IMG/VR virus record: IMGVR_UViG_3300048852_000106 | Span: 1-50,220 of that record | Reading direction: 5' to 3' (one strand) | Origin: a virus | Lineage: Duplodnaviria > Caudoviricetes | Length of the DNA stretch: 50,220 bases | In this document: positions 1-8,936 of the stretch, one piece after another | Layout: each line of letters starts with the position of its first letter | Numbering within the stretch: position 1 is the first letter of the stretch | Program-made: the position numbers and the translations under genes | The notes under the pieces: model-generated | Database searches by the model: none | Told to the model about the DNA's origin: nothing | Seen by the model: the letters and a program-made list of their open reading frames with translations, nothing else

Positions 1-339
1 ATGCCCAAGACCTATGACCGAACCTTCCACCTCAGGTACTACACCCTCCCAAAGCTTGTCGTGGAGTGCATCAAGTGCAAGCGGCAGGGCCGGTTCGATA
101 AGGCGCAGCTGATCGAGAAGCTGGGGGACACGTACCCTGTCTACCAAGCCGTGAACCGTCTGACCCAAAACTGGGTATGTGAGAAGCCCAATGCCATGCC
201 GGCCTATGCCCTGCATCCCAGGGCTATGTACTGTTACCCTCACCTTCCCGAATGGCAGGAGCGGGTGAGCAAGTTCTTCCTCGATGTGAACTATGGGCGG
301 AGGCCAGAGCCGCTCTACGCCAAGCCTGAGCCCAAATAG
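1..339 (+). CDS. Small CxxC zinc-ribbon-like hypothetical protein
   Basis: ECIKCKRQGRF motif plus later Cys residues; resembles the small protein at 41653..41898. Confidence 0.6.
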   Translation: MPKTYDRTFHLRYYTLPKLVVECIKCKRQGRFDKAQLIEKLGDTYPVYQAVNRLTQNWVCEKPNAMPAYALHPRAMYCYPHLPEWQERVSKFFLDVNYGRRPEPLYAKPEPK

Positions 340-346
340 AATAAGG

Positions 347-430
347 CCCTCCCAAGCCGAAGCTCAGGAGGGCTCGTTTGGGAGAAACCGCCCCGAAGGG
401 CCCTCCCCCGCCGACGCCATCAACGGGGAG
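347..430. terminator. Two hairpins between convergent genes, probable terminators
   Basis: GCCCTCC...GGAGGGC (347-374) and CTCCCCG...CGGGGAG (about 403-430). Confidence 0.45.
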
Positions 431-431
431 C

Positions 432-776
432 TCAGGGAGGCTTACTGTTCTTTTTCAATTCACTGATCATCAGCCTCAATTCGAGTTCGCGCTCCTGCTC
501 ACGACGCTCGGCACTTTCCTCCATCAGCTCGACCTGCCTGAGGATCGCACCAGTCAGACCTGTGAGGGACTGCGCGAGGAGTTCAATGTCTTTCGCCTGG
601 GGGCCGCCGTTGAACATCGCCTGGCCGGCTCCTGCCAGCACCGGCCCTGTATCAATCACCCTGCCCTTTTCAGCCTGCTTTTTGTAACCGAGGAACGCGA
701 TGAGGAGAGAAACCAGGCCGCCACCGCCAACGATCGTCACCAGTCCCTGAAACACTTCAGATGCCGTCATGTCCAC
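432..776 (-). CDS. Lysis-cassette membrane protein (one TM helix plus coiled coil)
   Basis: N-terminal hydrophobic helix and charged helical C-terminus; last gene of the lysis run. Confidence 0.6.
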   Translation of the reverse strand: MDMTASEVFQGLVTIVGGGGLVSLLIAFLGYKKQAEKGRVIDTGPVLAGAGQAMFNGGPQAKDIELLAQSLTGLTGAILRQVELMEESAERREQERELELRLMISELKKNSKPP

Positions 777-1257
777 GCGCCTCAGCCTCTACGTGCCGTT
801 TGAAGAACCAGAAGATCCGAGGGAGACGGGGGCGGGCAAAAGCTCTCGAATGGAAGGCGTCTGCAGCTGATCGCCAGCAGCATATCCCCTCGAACACGAC
901 GAATAGAGGGTAGAAGGCATACCCAGCGGGTGGGTTACGCTGCGGCGCGAGCAGGAACAGGAAGATCAGCACCAGCCACCAGATCATACCCAGAGACGAT
1001 CCTGCGAGGCGAATGAGTGGCGTCCGCCCCCACGATCCGTTGATATAGAGCCCGGTGGCACGAACCGCACCGATCGTGACGGACCAGACGCCCCAGACGG
1101 GCTCTGGGGCGATGGCGCTCAGAGCACTATATTGCGGCCAGACAAAAGTGCTCCATTGTGGCACGAGGAGCCAAACTCCCCATGCCATCATCATCAATGA
1201 GAACAGCCATTCGGCAAGCCGGTCAGGATAGGCAGCTGCAGGGCTTGGCATGATCAA
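757..1257 (-). CDS. Four-TM membrane protein, holin-like or lysis accessory
   Basis: About four hydrophobic segments; overlaps both neighbours; downstream of the endolysin. Confidence 0.65.
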   Translation of the reverse strand: MIMPSPAAAYPDRLAEWLFSLMMMAWGVWLLVPQWSTFVWPQYSALSAIAPEPVWGVWSVTIGAVRATGLYINGSWGRTPLIRLAGSSLGMIWWLVLIFLFLLAPQRNPPAGYAFYPLFVVFEGICCWRSAADAFHSRAFARPRLPRIFWFFKRHVEAEARGHDGI

Positions 1258-1682
1258 CTCCCCGCTGTCTTCCCGCTGAAAAGGGGCTTCAGGCCAGAAG
1301 CGAGGCGACCGTAGGTGGAGTAGACCAGACCACCAATGACCGCCACACCGCCAAGTCCCTCAATCACCCTGCCGATGCTGTCGCGCAGAAGGTCAGCCTG
1401 CTCCTGGGTGATGAAGTTCAGAAGAACCAGGACGGGGAGCGCGGCCACGATTGCCGCGCCAATGCCCGCGATCGTGTTGCCCCACAGGATGCGCGACTGA
1501 ACTGGCGCTTCCGCATTGAGCTGGTTCACCAGCACGGGATTGGCTGCCACCGCATTCTGGACGATGGTTTCCACAACAGGCTTGTCGTTCCGTTCAACCG
1601 CAACTGCGGGGCTCGATGCGAGCGCTCCGGCGACAGTAGCTGCGATGGTCGTGATAATGCGGGCGTTCTGACCGTTGGCCAT
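1254..1682 (-). CDS. Putative holin (two C-terminal TM helices)
   Basis: Two hydrophobic helices; immediately downstream of the endolysin; GGAG RBS. Confidence 0.55.
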   Translation of the reverse strand: MANGQNARIITTIAATVAGALASSPAVAVERNDKPVVETIVQNAVAANPVLVNQLNAEAPVQSRILWGNTIAGIGAAIVAALPVLVLLNFITQEQADLLRDSIGRVIEGLGGVAVIGGLVYSTYGRLASGLKPLFSGKTAGS

Positions 1683-1708
1683 AAGGTAATCTCCAGTTGT
1701 ACGAGGGA

Positions 1709-2245
1709 CTAAGCGACTTTCCTCGGCGCAGCCGCCGCCATCTTCAGGGCTTCCTTCTCGACGCCTTGGACGCGAGCCATCCAGCCTTTGCCGAAGGTCT
1801 TCCAGGTGCTGAGGCGGGTGAGAAAGGATAGCCGGTCAGTGCACAGCCGCTTGATCAGCACTTGCGGATCCGTGTTGCGGACAGCCTTCAGAGTGATCGG
1901 CCCGAGCTTGCCGTCATCGGCGACGCCGACGGCGCGCTGAAGCCCCATGACAGATCGCTGCACGCCAGAGTTCACCGCGAAGTCGAACATGGCATAGTCG
2001 ACCCCGGCGGGCAGCTCGTCGCCGCGGCAGGCATCCCAATAGTTCTTCTTGTAGATCGGGGCGACGTCAGCAGGCTTTAGCGCCTTCACCTCGGCCTTGG
2101 TCGCTTTCCGACCGAGCCAGCCGGTCAGGGTGCCAATGGTGACGCCTAGGTTAGTGGCGCCACCCGGATCGCGTGGGTGATCGACATACCCGCCTTCGTG
2201 CTTAAGGACGAGCGTCAGCGCCCGCCCGAATGTCTCGGTGGTCAT
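1709..2245 (-). CDS. Endolysin, glycoside hydrolase family 108 with C-terminal peptidoglycan-binding region
   Basis: HEGGYVDHPRDPGGATNLGVT signature; DFAVNSG, DGKLGPITL and FGKGW motifs. Confidence 0.95.
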   Translation of the reverse strand: MTTETFGRALTLVLKHEGGYVDHPRDPGGATNLGVTIGTLTGWLGRKATKAEVKALKPADVAPIYKKNYWDACRGDELPAGVDYAMFDFAVNSGVQRSVMGLQRAVGVADDGKLGPITLKAVRNTDPQVLIKRLCTDRLSFLTRLSTWKTFGKGWMARVQGVEKEALKMAAAAPRKVA

Positions 2246-2285
2246 GATAGCCTCGTGTATTGGGGTGGCAGGATTGCCGCAGTCT

Positions 2286-2438
2286 TCAGCGGCTCGCTTG
2301 ACCGAACCGGATCAGCGACTTAAGGATGCGCTGTGGCCGCAAGGCCGCCAAACGCCCTGGCTGAGCGCTCCGCACGACTGCTCGCCGGGGCGTTCTGTTG
2401 TTTGCCTTCCCTTCCCGCCCGTATGTCTCGGTGGGCAT
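2286..2438 (-). CDS. Possible 50-aa basic ORF whose start (MPTETYGR) duplicates the endolysin start (MTTETFGR)
   Basis: Hand translation; lies within a roughly 37-bp imperfect direct repeat of the endolysin RBS and start. Confidence 0.3.
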   Translation of the reverse strand: MPTETYGREGKANNRTPRRAVVRSAQPGRLAALRPQRILKSLIRFGQASR

Positions 2439-2537
2439 GGATGCCTCGTAGTGCGAAGTGAAGGGTTAGTGGGGTTTGTTAACTAATGGACTTGGCAGGC
2501 AAATCTGACTAATGAGGTCCAAAATAGGGGATACCTC

Positions 2538-3224
2538 ATGCAAGACTTCGATCATGCCCGTGCCCAAGAATACGAGATGGAGCACACCCTCCGCTGGGTG
2601 CGCGAGAATGCCGACTGGGTCTGGCCTCTGGTCGATGAAGCTTCCGCCGGAAAGCGCGACGTTCACGACATCCTTTTGAACGAGTTCTTTGGCGGCAACC
2701 GCGAGAACTGGGAGGTCTTCGCGAAGCACTTAGATGGGCGCGCACTCCTCGACATTGGAAGTGGCCCCGTCCCAATGCCTGCGCTCTGGCAATGGCCCAA
2801 AAAGCGGGTGGTGATTGATCCGCTTGCGGATGGCTATCACGCTGCCGTCATGAAAATGTTCGGACGCAGCTGGTGGGATGGCATCTCAAGGCACTCGAGT
2901 GCGGCCGAGACGTTCCATAAGGATCTGGACGGACAAATCGACGGTGCAATTGTCTGCCGCAACTGTCTAGATCACTGCGCGGAACCGTACCTCATCCTGT
3001 CGAACATCGCCTCTTATGCGGCGCCAGGATGCGCCCTTCTGCTGTGGAGCGATCTCTATCATATCGAAGGCCACGACGACGGCCATACCGACATCACACG
3101 AGACCAGGCCGGATTCCGACGGCTTGTCGAAAACCTCGGATTCGAGATCGTTCGTGAAACCCCTGAACAGGAAGGCCGAGGGACGATCCAGTTCGGATGC
3201 TTCGCAGTCAAAAAGCCGCATTAA
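2538..3224 (+). CDS. Class I SAM-dependent methyltransferase (moron)
   Basis: LLDIGSGP motif I, VVIDP motif II, NCLDH motif; opposite strand to the late operon. Confidence 0.85.
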   Translation: MQDFDHARAQEYEMEHTLRWVRENADWVWPLVDEASAGKRDVHDILLNEFFGGNRENWEVFAKHLDGRALLDIGSGPVPMPALWQWPKKRVVIDPLADGYHAAVMKMFGRSWWDGISRHSSAAETFHKDLDGQIDGAIVCRNCLDHCAEPYLILSNIASYAAPGCALLLWSDLYHIEGHDDGHTDITRDQAGFRRLVENLGFEIVRETPEQEGRGTIQFGCFAVKKPH

Positions 3225-4705
3225 GCGTCTGGTGATCCTAACCTCAGCCCGGAGCGTAAGCGCTCTCGAACTGCGCACGGTAGAAAGAAGATAAATCGGA
3301 CACCAAAAAGCACAAAGGGCGCCAGCAGGATCCACTCAGGGAGAGCGAGACGGGTATCGATGATGGGCGCGGAGGTCAGAACCACCCCAGCCAATCCTAC
3401 CGAAAAGGTCGCCGCAAGCGCAAACTTCCGCCGGATCAAAAGCCCTACGAAGCCAACCGCACTGAGCGCTAAGAGAAGCACATGATGAAGGTATAGCCCC
3501 AATTCATAGACGCCATGCGACGGATGTGCCGAGGGCGGGCTCTTCCAGTCGTAGCTCTCCTGATGTGCAACAAACATCGCAGGATCCGTTGCTAGGACAT
3601 GCTTCCTGATATTTGCCAGATAGGCTCGGAAATAGTCTGGCCAGTATCCGCCGTCCGTGAGGATCTTCACCCCCATATGCGCAAAATAGTCTCCAAGTCG
3701 GTACGGATCGACATTGCCCGGCGAGACAATACCATCCTTCTCTGCCTGTAGAACGGAGGCAGTAAACTGCTCAGCATGTGTATAAAAAACTTTGTCATGG
3801 ATGGAAGAGTTAACTCCGGCAACGGCCCGAACATTGTAGAAGAGGAAGTTGAACCCTGGCTGCGCGGTTAACCTGAAATCTCCCCAGACGACGTAGTTCC
3901 GGATCAAATATGGGGAAGTGACCAATGCAGCCACTGCCATTGCTGCCATAACGAGTTTGGTCCGCCCCCACCATGTCGCGCCAATAGCGAGGCCTACAAA
4001 TGCCAGAGGCAGCACCAAGATCGCTCCGATTGGTTTCGTCAGAGCACATAGTCCCACAACGACGGCTGCCGCTCCCAATGCGGTAGCGCTCTTCCGACGG
4101 ATAGCAATGAGCAGCAGCGCGGCGAATCCTGCGACAAGAGGACAAAGCAGAGCCTCGGCCATAAGCCGGTAGTTCATAGCGAGCATGTTCGGCTCGAACA
4201 TCACCACCAGCGCGACAGGTGCCGCGATCCATGCCGGCGCGAACTGCGCTAAGCCATAGGTCAGGACCAGCATGCCGAGTAAATGCAAGAGAATCTGCAC
4301 TGGCACCACATAGGTGGGTGCCACCATCATCTGTTCCTCGGCTGGGTTTTCAGCGAAAGGATAGACCACCGCGGCGATAAGAAGAGGATAGAGAGGTGTC
4401 CTGAAATAAATTGGGCTGAGGATCTCATACCCTCTTTTGATTAGCGTCGGCGTTAGGAAATAGGGATAGCCCGTCAACTCCCCCTTCATCATGACGAAGT
4501 CGGCGATCTTCATGTAATCGCCGGAATCATTGCCAATGTAGAACTTCGGTGTTCCAACAGTTTCCGACTCAACTGAAAAGGTCACCCTCTGCTCAATCAT
4601 TGCCGCCGGTCGTGCCCTGGAGAAATACCAGGCATGAAGGCTGCATCCGACGAGAAAAATCACAAAGAATGGCATTATATGAGCAAGGCGACGACGAAAG
4701 AGCAC
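3221..4705 (-). CDS. Polytopic membrane protein, GT-C/ArnT/GT39-like glycosyltransferase (moron)
   Basis: About 11-12 TM segments, first-loop NDSGDY, RTPLYP, MAEAL, LTKP and RNY motifs typical of GT-C proteins; more AT-rich than the flanks. Confidence 0.75.
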   Translation of the reverse strand: MLFRRRLAHIMPFFVIFLVGCSLHAWYFSRARPAAMIEQRVTFSVESETVGTPKFYIGNDSGDYMKIADFVMMKGELTGYPYFLTPTLIKRGYEILSPIYFRTPLYPLLIAAVVYPFAENPAEEQMMVAPTYVVPVQILLHLLGMLVLTYGLAQFAPAWIAAPVALVVMFEPNMLAMNYRLMAEALLCPLVAGFAALLLIAIRRKSATALGAAAVVVGLCALTKPIGAILVLPLAFVGLAIGATWWGRTKLVMAAMAVAALVTSPYLIRNYVVWGDFRLTAQPGFNFLFYNVRAVAGVNSSIHDKVFYTHAEQFTASVLQAEKDGIVSPGNVDPYRLGDYFAHMGVKILTDGGYWPDYFRAYLANIRKHVLATDPAMFVAHQESYDWKSPPSAHPSHGVYELGLYLHHVLLLALSAVGFVGLLIRRKFALAATFSVGLAGVVLTSAPIIDTRLALPEWILLAPFVLFGVRFIFFLPCAVRERLRSGLRLGSPDA

Positions 4706-4856
4706 AGCAAGACTTCCACAGCGTGAAGTGTGCTCCTTTATAAGCTCCGTTATGCTTTGTCTATTGGTGGATTACCTAGGGCAGGAGCCCAGTTGCCGCA
4801 GCGAAGGCTAACTCCCCAACGGTGTGCTTCATCGGTGCTCCAATGGATGAGATGGA

Positions 4857-5282
4857 TCAGGAAGCCCCCTGCCCTAACATAACAGTGGCCTTGCGCGCGG
4901 CGGAGATCAGATTGGCGTCAACCAGTGCCTGAAGGCCCGGCTCCGTGCGCGGATCATCGAGATCAATGTACTGTGCGCCAAGGGCCTTGTCGTACCACAG
5001 CTTCACCGGAGGAAGCGTCATGGAAGCCTCGACGAGCGTCAGCTGCTCATCCTCGGTAAAGAGTTCCATAAACTCAAGGAAGGTAAACTGGTGCTTGGCC
5101 GGAATAACGACACCGTCATCCCAACCTGGCTGGCCCATGACCTCAGTTGCCGCAGCCTCAAACTCTTCCGGTACATGAAGGGTGCCTTCGTCGAAAAGGA
5201 ATCCCGATCTCGGATTGCGAGCCTGTTCTGGAAGCCGGGACATGAGAGCGCTGACCTGGTCGGAGGTGAGTTCTATCTGCAT
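4857..5282 (-). CDS. Tail-fibre-associated protein, possible assembly chaperone
   Basis: Directly downstream of the fibre gene; FMELFT...IDLDDPRT...GLQALV pattern. Confidence 0.6.
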   Translation of the reverse strand: MQIELTSDQVSALMSRLPEQARNPRSGFLFDEGTLHVPEEFEAAATEVMGQPGWDDGVVIPAKHQFTFLEFMELFTEDEQLTLVEASMTLPPVKLWYDKALGAQYIDLDDPRTEPGLQALVDANLISAARKATVMLGQGAS

Positions 5283-5293
5283 GGATGGTTGCC

Positions 5294-5968
5294 TCAGAAT
5301 GCCGAGATAAGGAAAGCGCTGAACCGAGTGCGGGAAGATGCTTGAATGGTCTGAGAGGAGCCCGTTTGCTGATAGCCATAGACCGAGACCGTGTCGCCGG
5401 CGCTCAACTTCATGAAACCTGTAACCGGGACAATCTGTGCGTCACCAGAATTACCTTGAGACAGGATGCCCGAAGCTACCTCGGAGCCGTTCACATAGAC
5501 ACCGGCAGAAGCCCATGATCCGCCGACAGGGGCGGCCCAATGCAGGCTTGCCGTCACCAACCATAGTCCCGCTTCATCCGCTCCAATCGTAAGCGTATCC
5601 GCTCCGGTGAAAGTTGAGCTTCCTAAGTTGTTCTGCGTGATCGTCGTGAAGTCGACTTTAGTCGCGACGCTGCTTGGAGTTACGGTGCCCAGAGCCTGTC
5701 CGGTGGCCAGAATGCCGGGCAGCTTCGGGGCCTTGGTTGTCGATGTGCCGATACCCTTGCGAAGATACAGCTTGTCGAGCGCCTCCAGAACCTGATCGAC
5801 ATCGGTGTCGAGCGGCGTGATGCCAGCGGCTGCAATAATCGCGACGAGCTCACGTTGCGGGTGTTCGATGGCTTTCGGCGGCACACGGGAGCCCTGAATG
5901 CCGGCTCCAAGGTTGCGCCCCACATAGGGGTCATTGGCCGCGCCGCCTGTAGGGGGCTGGTACTTCAT
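5294..5968 (-). CDS. Short tail fibre / receptor-binding protein with C1q-like beta-rich C-terminus
   Basis: N-terminal QRELVAIIAAAGITP...DQVLEAL fibre anchor; C-terminal GLWLVTASL...LSAGDTVSV...FSAFLI. Confidence 0.8.
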   Translation of the reverse strand: MKYQPPTGGAANDPYVGRNLGAGIQGSRVPPKAIEHPQRELVAIIAAAGITPLDTDVDQVLEALDKLYLRKGIGTSTTKAPKLPGILATGQALGTVTPSSVATKVDFTTITQNNLGSSTFTGADTLTIGADEAGLWLVTASLHWAAPVGGSWASAGVYVNGSEVASGILSQGNSGDAQIVPVTGFMKLSAGDTVSVYGYQQTGSSQTIQASSRTRFSAFLISAF

Positions 5969-6666
5969 CAGGAAACTCCCGAGTAATCAAAGATGAGGGT
6001 GGTGTGGAGCGGCGCGACGCGGCGCAGGACGCATTCGAGATCTGTGGCCACGAGGAAGCCCTCGAGGGGGGTCTCGTCGACAACGCCATCATCGGGATAG
6101 AACCAGATGTCGCCGAGGCCGAGCAGATGGACGATCCACTCATGGTGGCCATTGGCTTCGACGGTGGTGTCGTCTCCGTCGCAAACAGAGAGATCGCAGA
6201 TGAAATCCCCGGGCTCGGTGATGGTGATGTCATAGCCGATCGACGCCGCGAGGCAGATAATGTAGGCTGGGCTGGCTCCGCCCTGCGCACCGTAGCGCGC
6301 GCGCACCGCGGCGATGCGGCCTGCGGGACCGCTATCGGGTGAGGTGCAGGGATCGGGCAGCCCATACTCCGCCTCCCAATCGTCGAGCGAATAGGTGATG
6401 GCGGACGGGAATGCCTGAATGGCGGCTTCGAAAGCCGCCTTGTAGTAGTCTGACAGCCATCCCGCGATAGCTGACCAGACGCGTCGCATGACCGGCGAAG
6501 CGCCAGTCCCGTCGCTGACCTCATCCGTACCCCAGATTGGACCGCGAGGAGCGACCGCAATCACCTGCGGCAGCAGCTCGTCGGCTGATGGGTCACTCTC
6601 CCGGTCGCCCACGGATGGTGGCTGCGCCGGCAGCAGAGCGCAGGGCCAGCCTTCAGGTATCGCCAT
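5968..6666 (-). CDS. Baseplate protein, Mu gp48/YmfQ (DUF2313)-like; start revised to ATG at 6666
   Basis: PRGPIW, LDDWEAEYGLPDPC and LECVLRRVAPLHT motifs. Confidence 0.9.
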   Translation of the reverse strand: MAIPEGWPCALLPAQPPSVGDRESDPSADELLPQVIAVAPRGPIWGTDEVSDGTGASPVMRRVWSAIAGWLSDYYKAAFEAAIQAFPSAITYSLDDWEAEYGLPDPCTSPDSGPAGRIAAVRARYGAQGGASPAYIICLAASIGYDITITEPGDFICDLSVCDGDDTTVEANGHHEWIVHLLGLGDIWFYPDDGVVDETPLEGFLVATDLECVLRRVAPLHTTLIFDYSGVS

Positions 6667-6676
6667 GGGGGTCTCG

Positions 6677-7765
6677 TTAGAGGTAAGTGATTGTGCCGAG
6701 TACCGGCATTTGTCCGGCTGTCGTGTAGGTAAGGTCCGTCGACGGGACCGTGAGGGTGTGCTTGGTCTCGCCGGTCGCCCGTGAGATGGCTTCCGAGATC
6801 CAGGCGCGCCAAAGGGTGAAGTTCGTTGAGGGCGTTGCCGGAGCGACCCTGTCAGCGAACATCGCAGCCAGCTCGGCCTCGACCGCTGCTCTGATGGCAG
6901 GCGTGTCCGGCGACAGACCCGTGATCGTGATGTCCACGGCCTGCGGGCTCGGGGCGACAACAGAGACCCGAGCCGTCACCGGGCGCCGAATTGGATCTTC
7001 CACATAGGCCTGCACCGCAGCCACGTCGCCGACGGTCGGGATCCCGTTGGTTCGGTCGGAGCGCAGGAAGCTGATCCAGACCTCACGGCTGTCGCCAATG
7101 AAGCTGTCGATAAAGACGCGGGTGATTGAGCCAGAGCTTTCCTTGACCCACCGGATCCAGTCTGTCGCGGACCCGCCCTGTGGTGGGTTGCGCTTGCGGT
7201 CCAGGATGCGCTGGCGCAGCGTCTCGATCGGCTCGACATCAGCGCCACCACCCAACCCGCCTGACGAGACGGTGGCTGTGCTGCCGAGGCCAGTGACGAC
7301 GCCCGTGTCGACCAGGCTCAGCGTCTGCGCGGCATCGGTATTGCCGAGGGCACCGGCGTCAATGGCTTCCATCTCAAGGTTGGTCCCGGCCCCGGCGCCG
7401 ATCCCGCTCGTGCGGGTCCTGAACAGGGCACCATCGCTGCGCCGAAACGTAACGCCATAGGGCACGACCGTTCCCAGTGGGACACTGACCGTCACGAACC
7501 CGGTGGCCACCTTCGCCGGGATCCGGGTGATGCCCAGTTCGAAGCCATGGCGGACCAGCCAGACCTCGTCTGCTGTAGAGGCAAAGAGTTGACGATAGAG
7601 GAACTTCAGCCGGAGGTGCCATTCCTTGCCGAGCAGCGCGAGCATCTTGGCCAGGATCGGGAACAGGTTCGGCCACAGATCGATCGTGGCGCCTTCGGTC
7701 GCCTCCGAGATGATCAGCCGCGCCCGCTGCGACAGGTCAGAGAGCTTGGGAACAACAAAGGTCAT
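6677..7765 (-). CDS. Baseplate J / Mu gp47-like protein
   Basis: GGGADVE...LRQRIL...PPQGGSATDW motif; position. Confidence 0.92.
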   Translation of the reverse strand: MTFVVPKLSDLSQRARLIISEATEGATIDLWPNLFPILAKMLALLGKEWHLRLKFLYRQLFASTADEVWLVRHGFELGITRIPAKVATGFVTVSVPLGTVVPYGVTFRRSDGALFRTRTSGIGAGAGTNLEMEAIDAGALGNTDAAQTLSLVDTGVVTGLGSTATVSSGGLGGGADVEPIETLRQRILDRKRNPPQGGSATDWIRWVKESSGSITRVFIDSFIGDSREVWISFLRSDRTNGIPTVGDVAAVQAYVEDPIRRPVTARVSVVAPSPQAVDITITGLSPDTPAIRAAVEAELAAMFADRVAPATPSTNFTLWRAWISEAISRATGETKHTLTVPSTDLTYTTAGQMPVLGTITYL

Positions 7766-8277
7766 TGAATGATCTTCCAGAGAGGATCGAAGCGGACATT
7801 GGCGGTAGTGCGGCCATCGCGACCGATGACAACCACCTCAAGAAGGATGCGACCTTCCGCCTTCTGCACCGTCGCCTTGACGTCGATGCGGGTGGCGAGG
7901 CCCTGGCGGATGAGCGTCTGAAGGGCGCGCCGGGCCTCGTCCTCGATCGCCCTACCCGTCTCGTCGACGAGTTCATGCCGCCGGTAGATCCAGAGCTTGG
8001 AGCCGAGTTCCGTCTCTCCGCGCGAGGCGTCGATATCGAATCCGTCGCCGGGCCAGCCGCGGGCATCTCCCGCATGCTCGTGGCGTAGCTCGTCCTGAGA
8101 GGCGCGGGCATCCGTCAGCAGGCAGAGAGCAATCGCCGTGGCGATCGGGCTTACGGCTTGGAGGCCTGTACGCTCGTCGAGAACAAAGTCGCCGGTCCTG
8201 CCGTCGATGATCACGACATCGGGCGGCAGGACCGTGCGGTCCGCCGTAGATAGCGGTCTGATCGTGAGCATGGACAC
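7762..8277 (-). CDS. Mu gp46-like baseplate protein
   Basis: LLTDARA...RGWPGD...LGSKLW motif. Confidence 0.9.
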   Translation of the reverse strand: MSMLTIRPLSTADRTVLPPDVVIIDGRTGDFVLDERTGLQAVSPIATAIALCLLTDARASQDELRHEHAGDARGWPGDGFDIDASRGETELGSKLWIYRRHELVDETGRAIEDEARRALQTLIRQGLATRIDVKATVQKAEGRILLEVVVIGRDGRTTANVRFDPLWKIIQ

Positions 8278-8280
8278 CCT

Positions 8281-8544
8281 TTAGGAGCACTCGAAATTCG
8301 GCGAGCCGTCGGAGATCATGGCGCCACAGCCACAGACGGAACCGATCCGGGCGGCTGGCTTGCCTTCCACCTCGAGATTGGGCGAGCCGGTGAGGATGGG
8401 CGTCACCCCATGGCCTGGGATCGGACAGGAATGGAGATCGTCCACACGGGCGATCAGGATGCCATCGGCTTCCGTACGGGATGCCGACGAGATGATGACC
8501 CCGCCATGCGAGGAAGTGTCACCTAATCTGGCCACTCTCGGCAT
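8281..8544 (-). CDS. PAAR-domain spike-tip protein
   Basis: ARLGD, IARVDD and PAARIGS repeats with Zn-ligand His/Cys residues. Confidence 0.92.
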   Translation of the reverse strand: MPRVARLGDTSSHGGVIISSASRTEADGILIARVDDLHSCPIPGHGVTPILTGSPNLEVEGKPAARIGSVCGCGAMISDGSPNFECS

Positions 8545-8936
8545 CAGGCGTTGATCTTCACTTTGCCGCCTTCCATCACGATGGTGGCGCCGTTGCAGAC
8601 CATTTCGACCTTCTGGCTGTGCACGATGCGCAGGTTGGCCTGCACCAAGGAGACCGCCGAGCCGAAGGCGTCATAGAGCACCGTTCCGCCTGGCGCTGTG
8701 GCGCGCGGCCGGTGCTGAGCATTCTCCAAGCCCAGCGCCACCACGAGATCGCGGCGGCCATGGAGGGACATGCCGATGCCATGCGAGCCGACCGGAGCCG
8801 CCGAAGACAGCCCGAAGTGCTGGACCCGATGGACCTTGGTCAGTTCCTCTCCGCCAACGCCGTAGAGGGTGACTGTCTGCTGGTCACCATCATCCTGCGT
8901 CTCGCGCAGTTCGGTCCGGAACAGGTCGTACATCAT
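8544..8936 (-). CDS. Baseplate spike, Mu gp45-like
   Basis: RVQHFGLSSAAPVGS and GGTVLYD motifs. Confidence 0.88.
   Translation of the reverse strand: MMYDLFRTELRETQDDGDQQTVTLYGVGGEELTKVHRVQHFGLSSAAPVGSHGIGMSLHGRRDLVVALGLENAQHRPRATAPGGTVLYDAFGSAVSLVQANLRIVHSQKVEMVCNGATIVMEGGKVKINA

Noticed and set aside
2466-2483. CtrA box upstream of the methyltransferase
   Set aside because: TTAG-N9-TTAAC does not match TTAA-N7-TTAA
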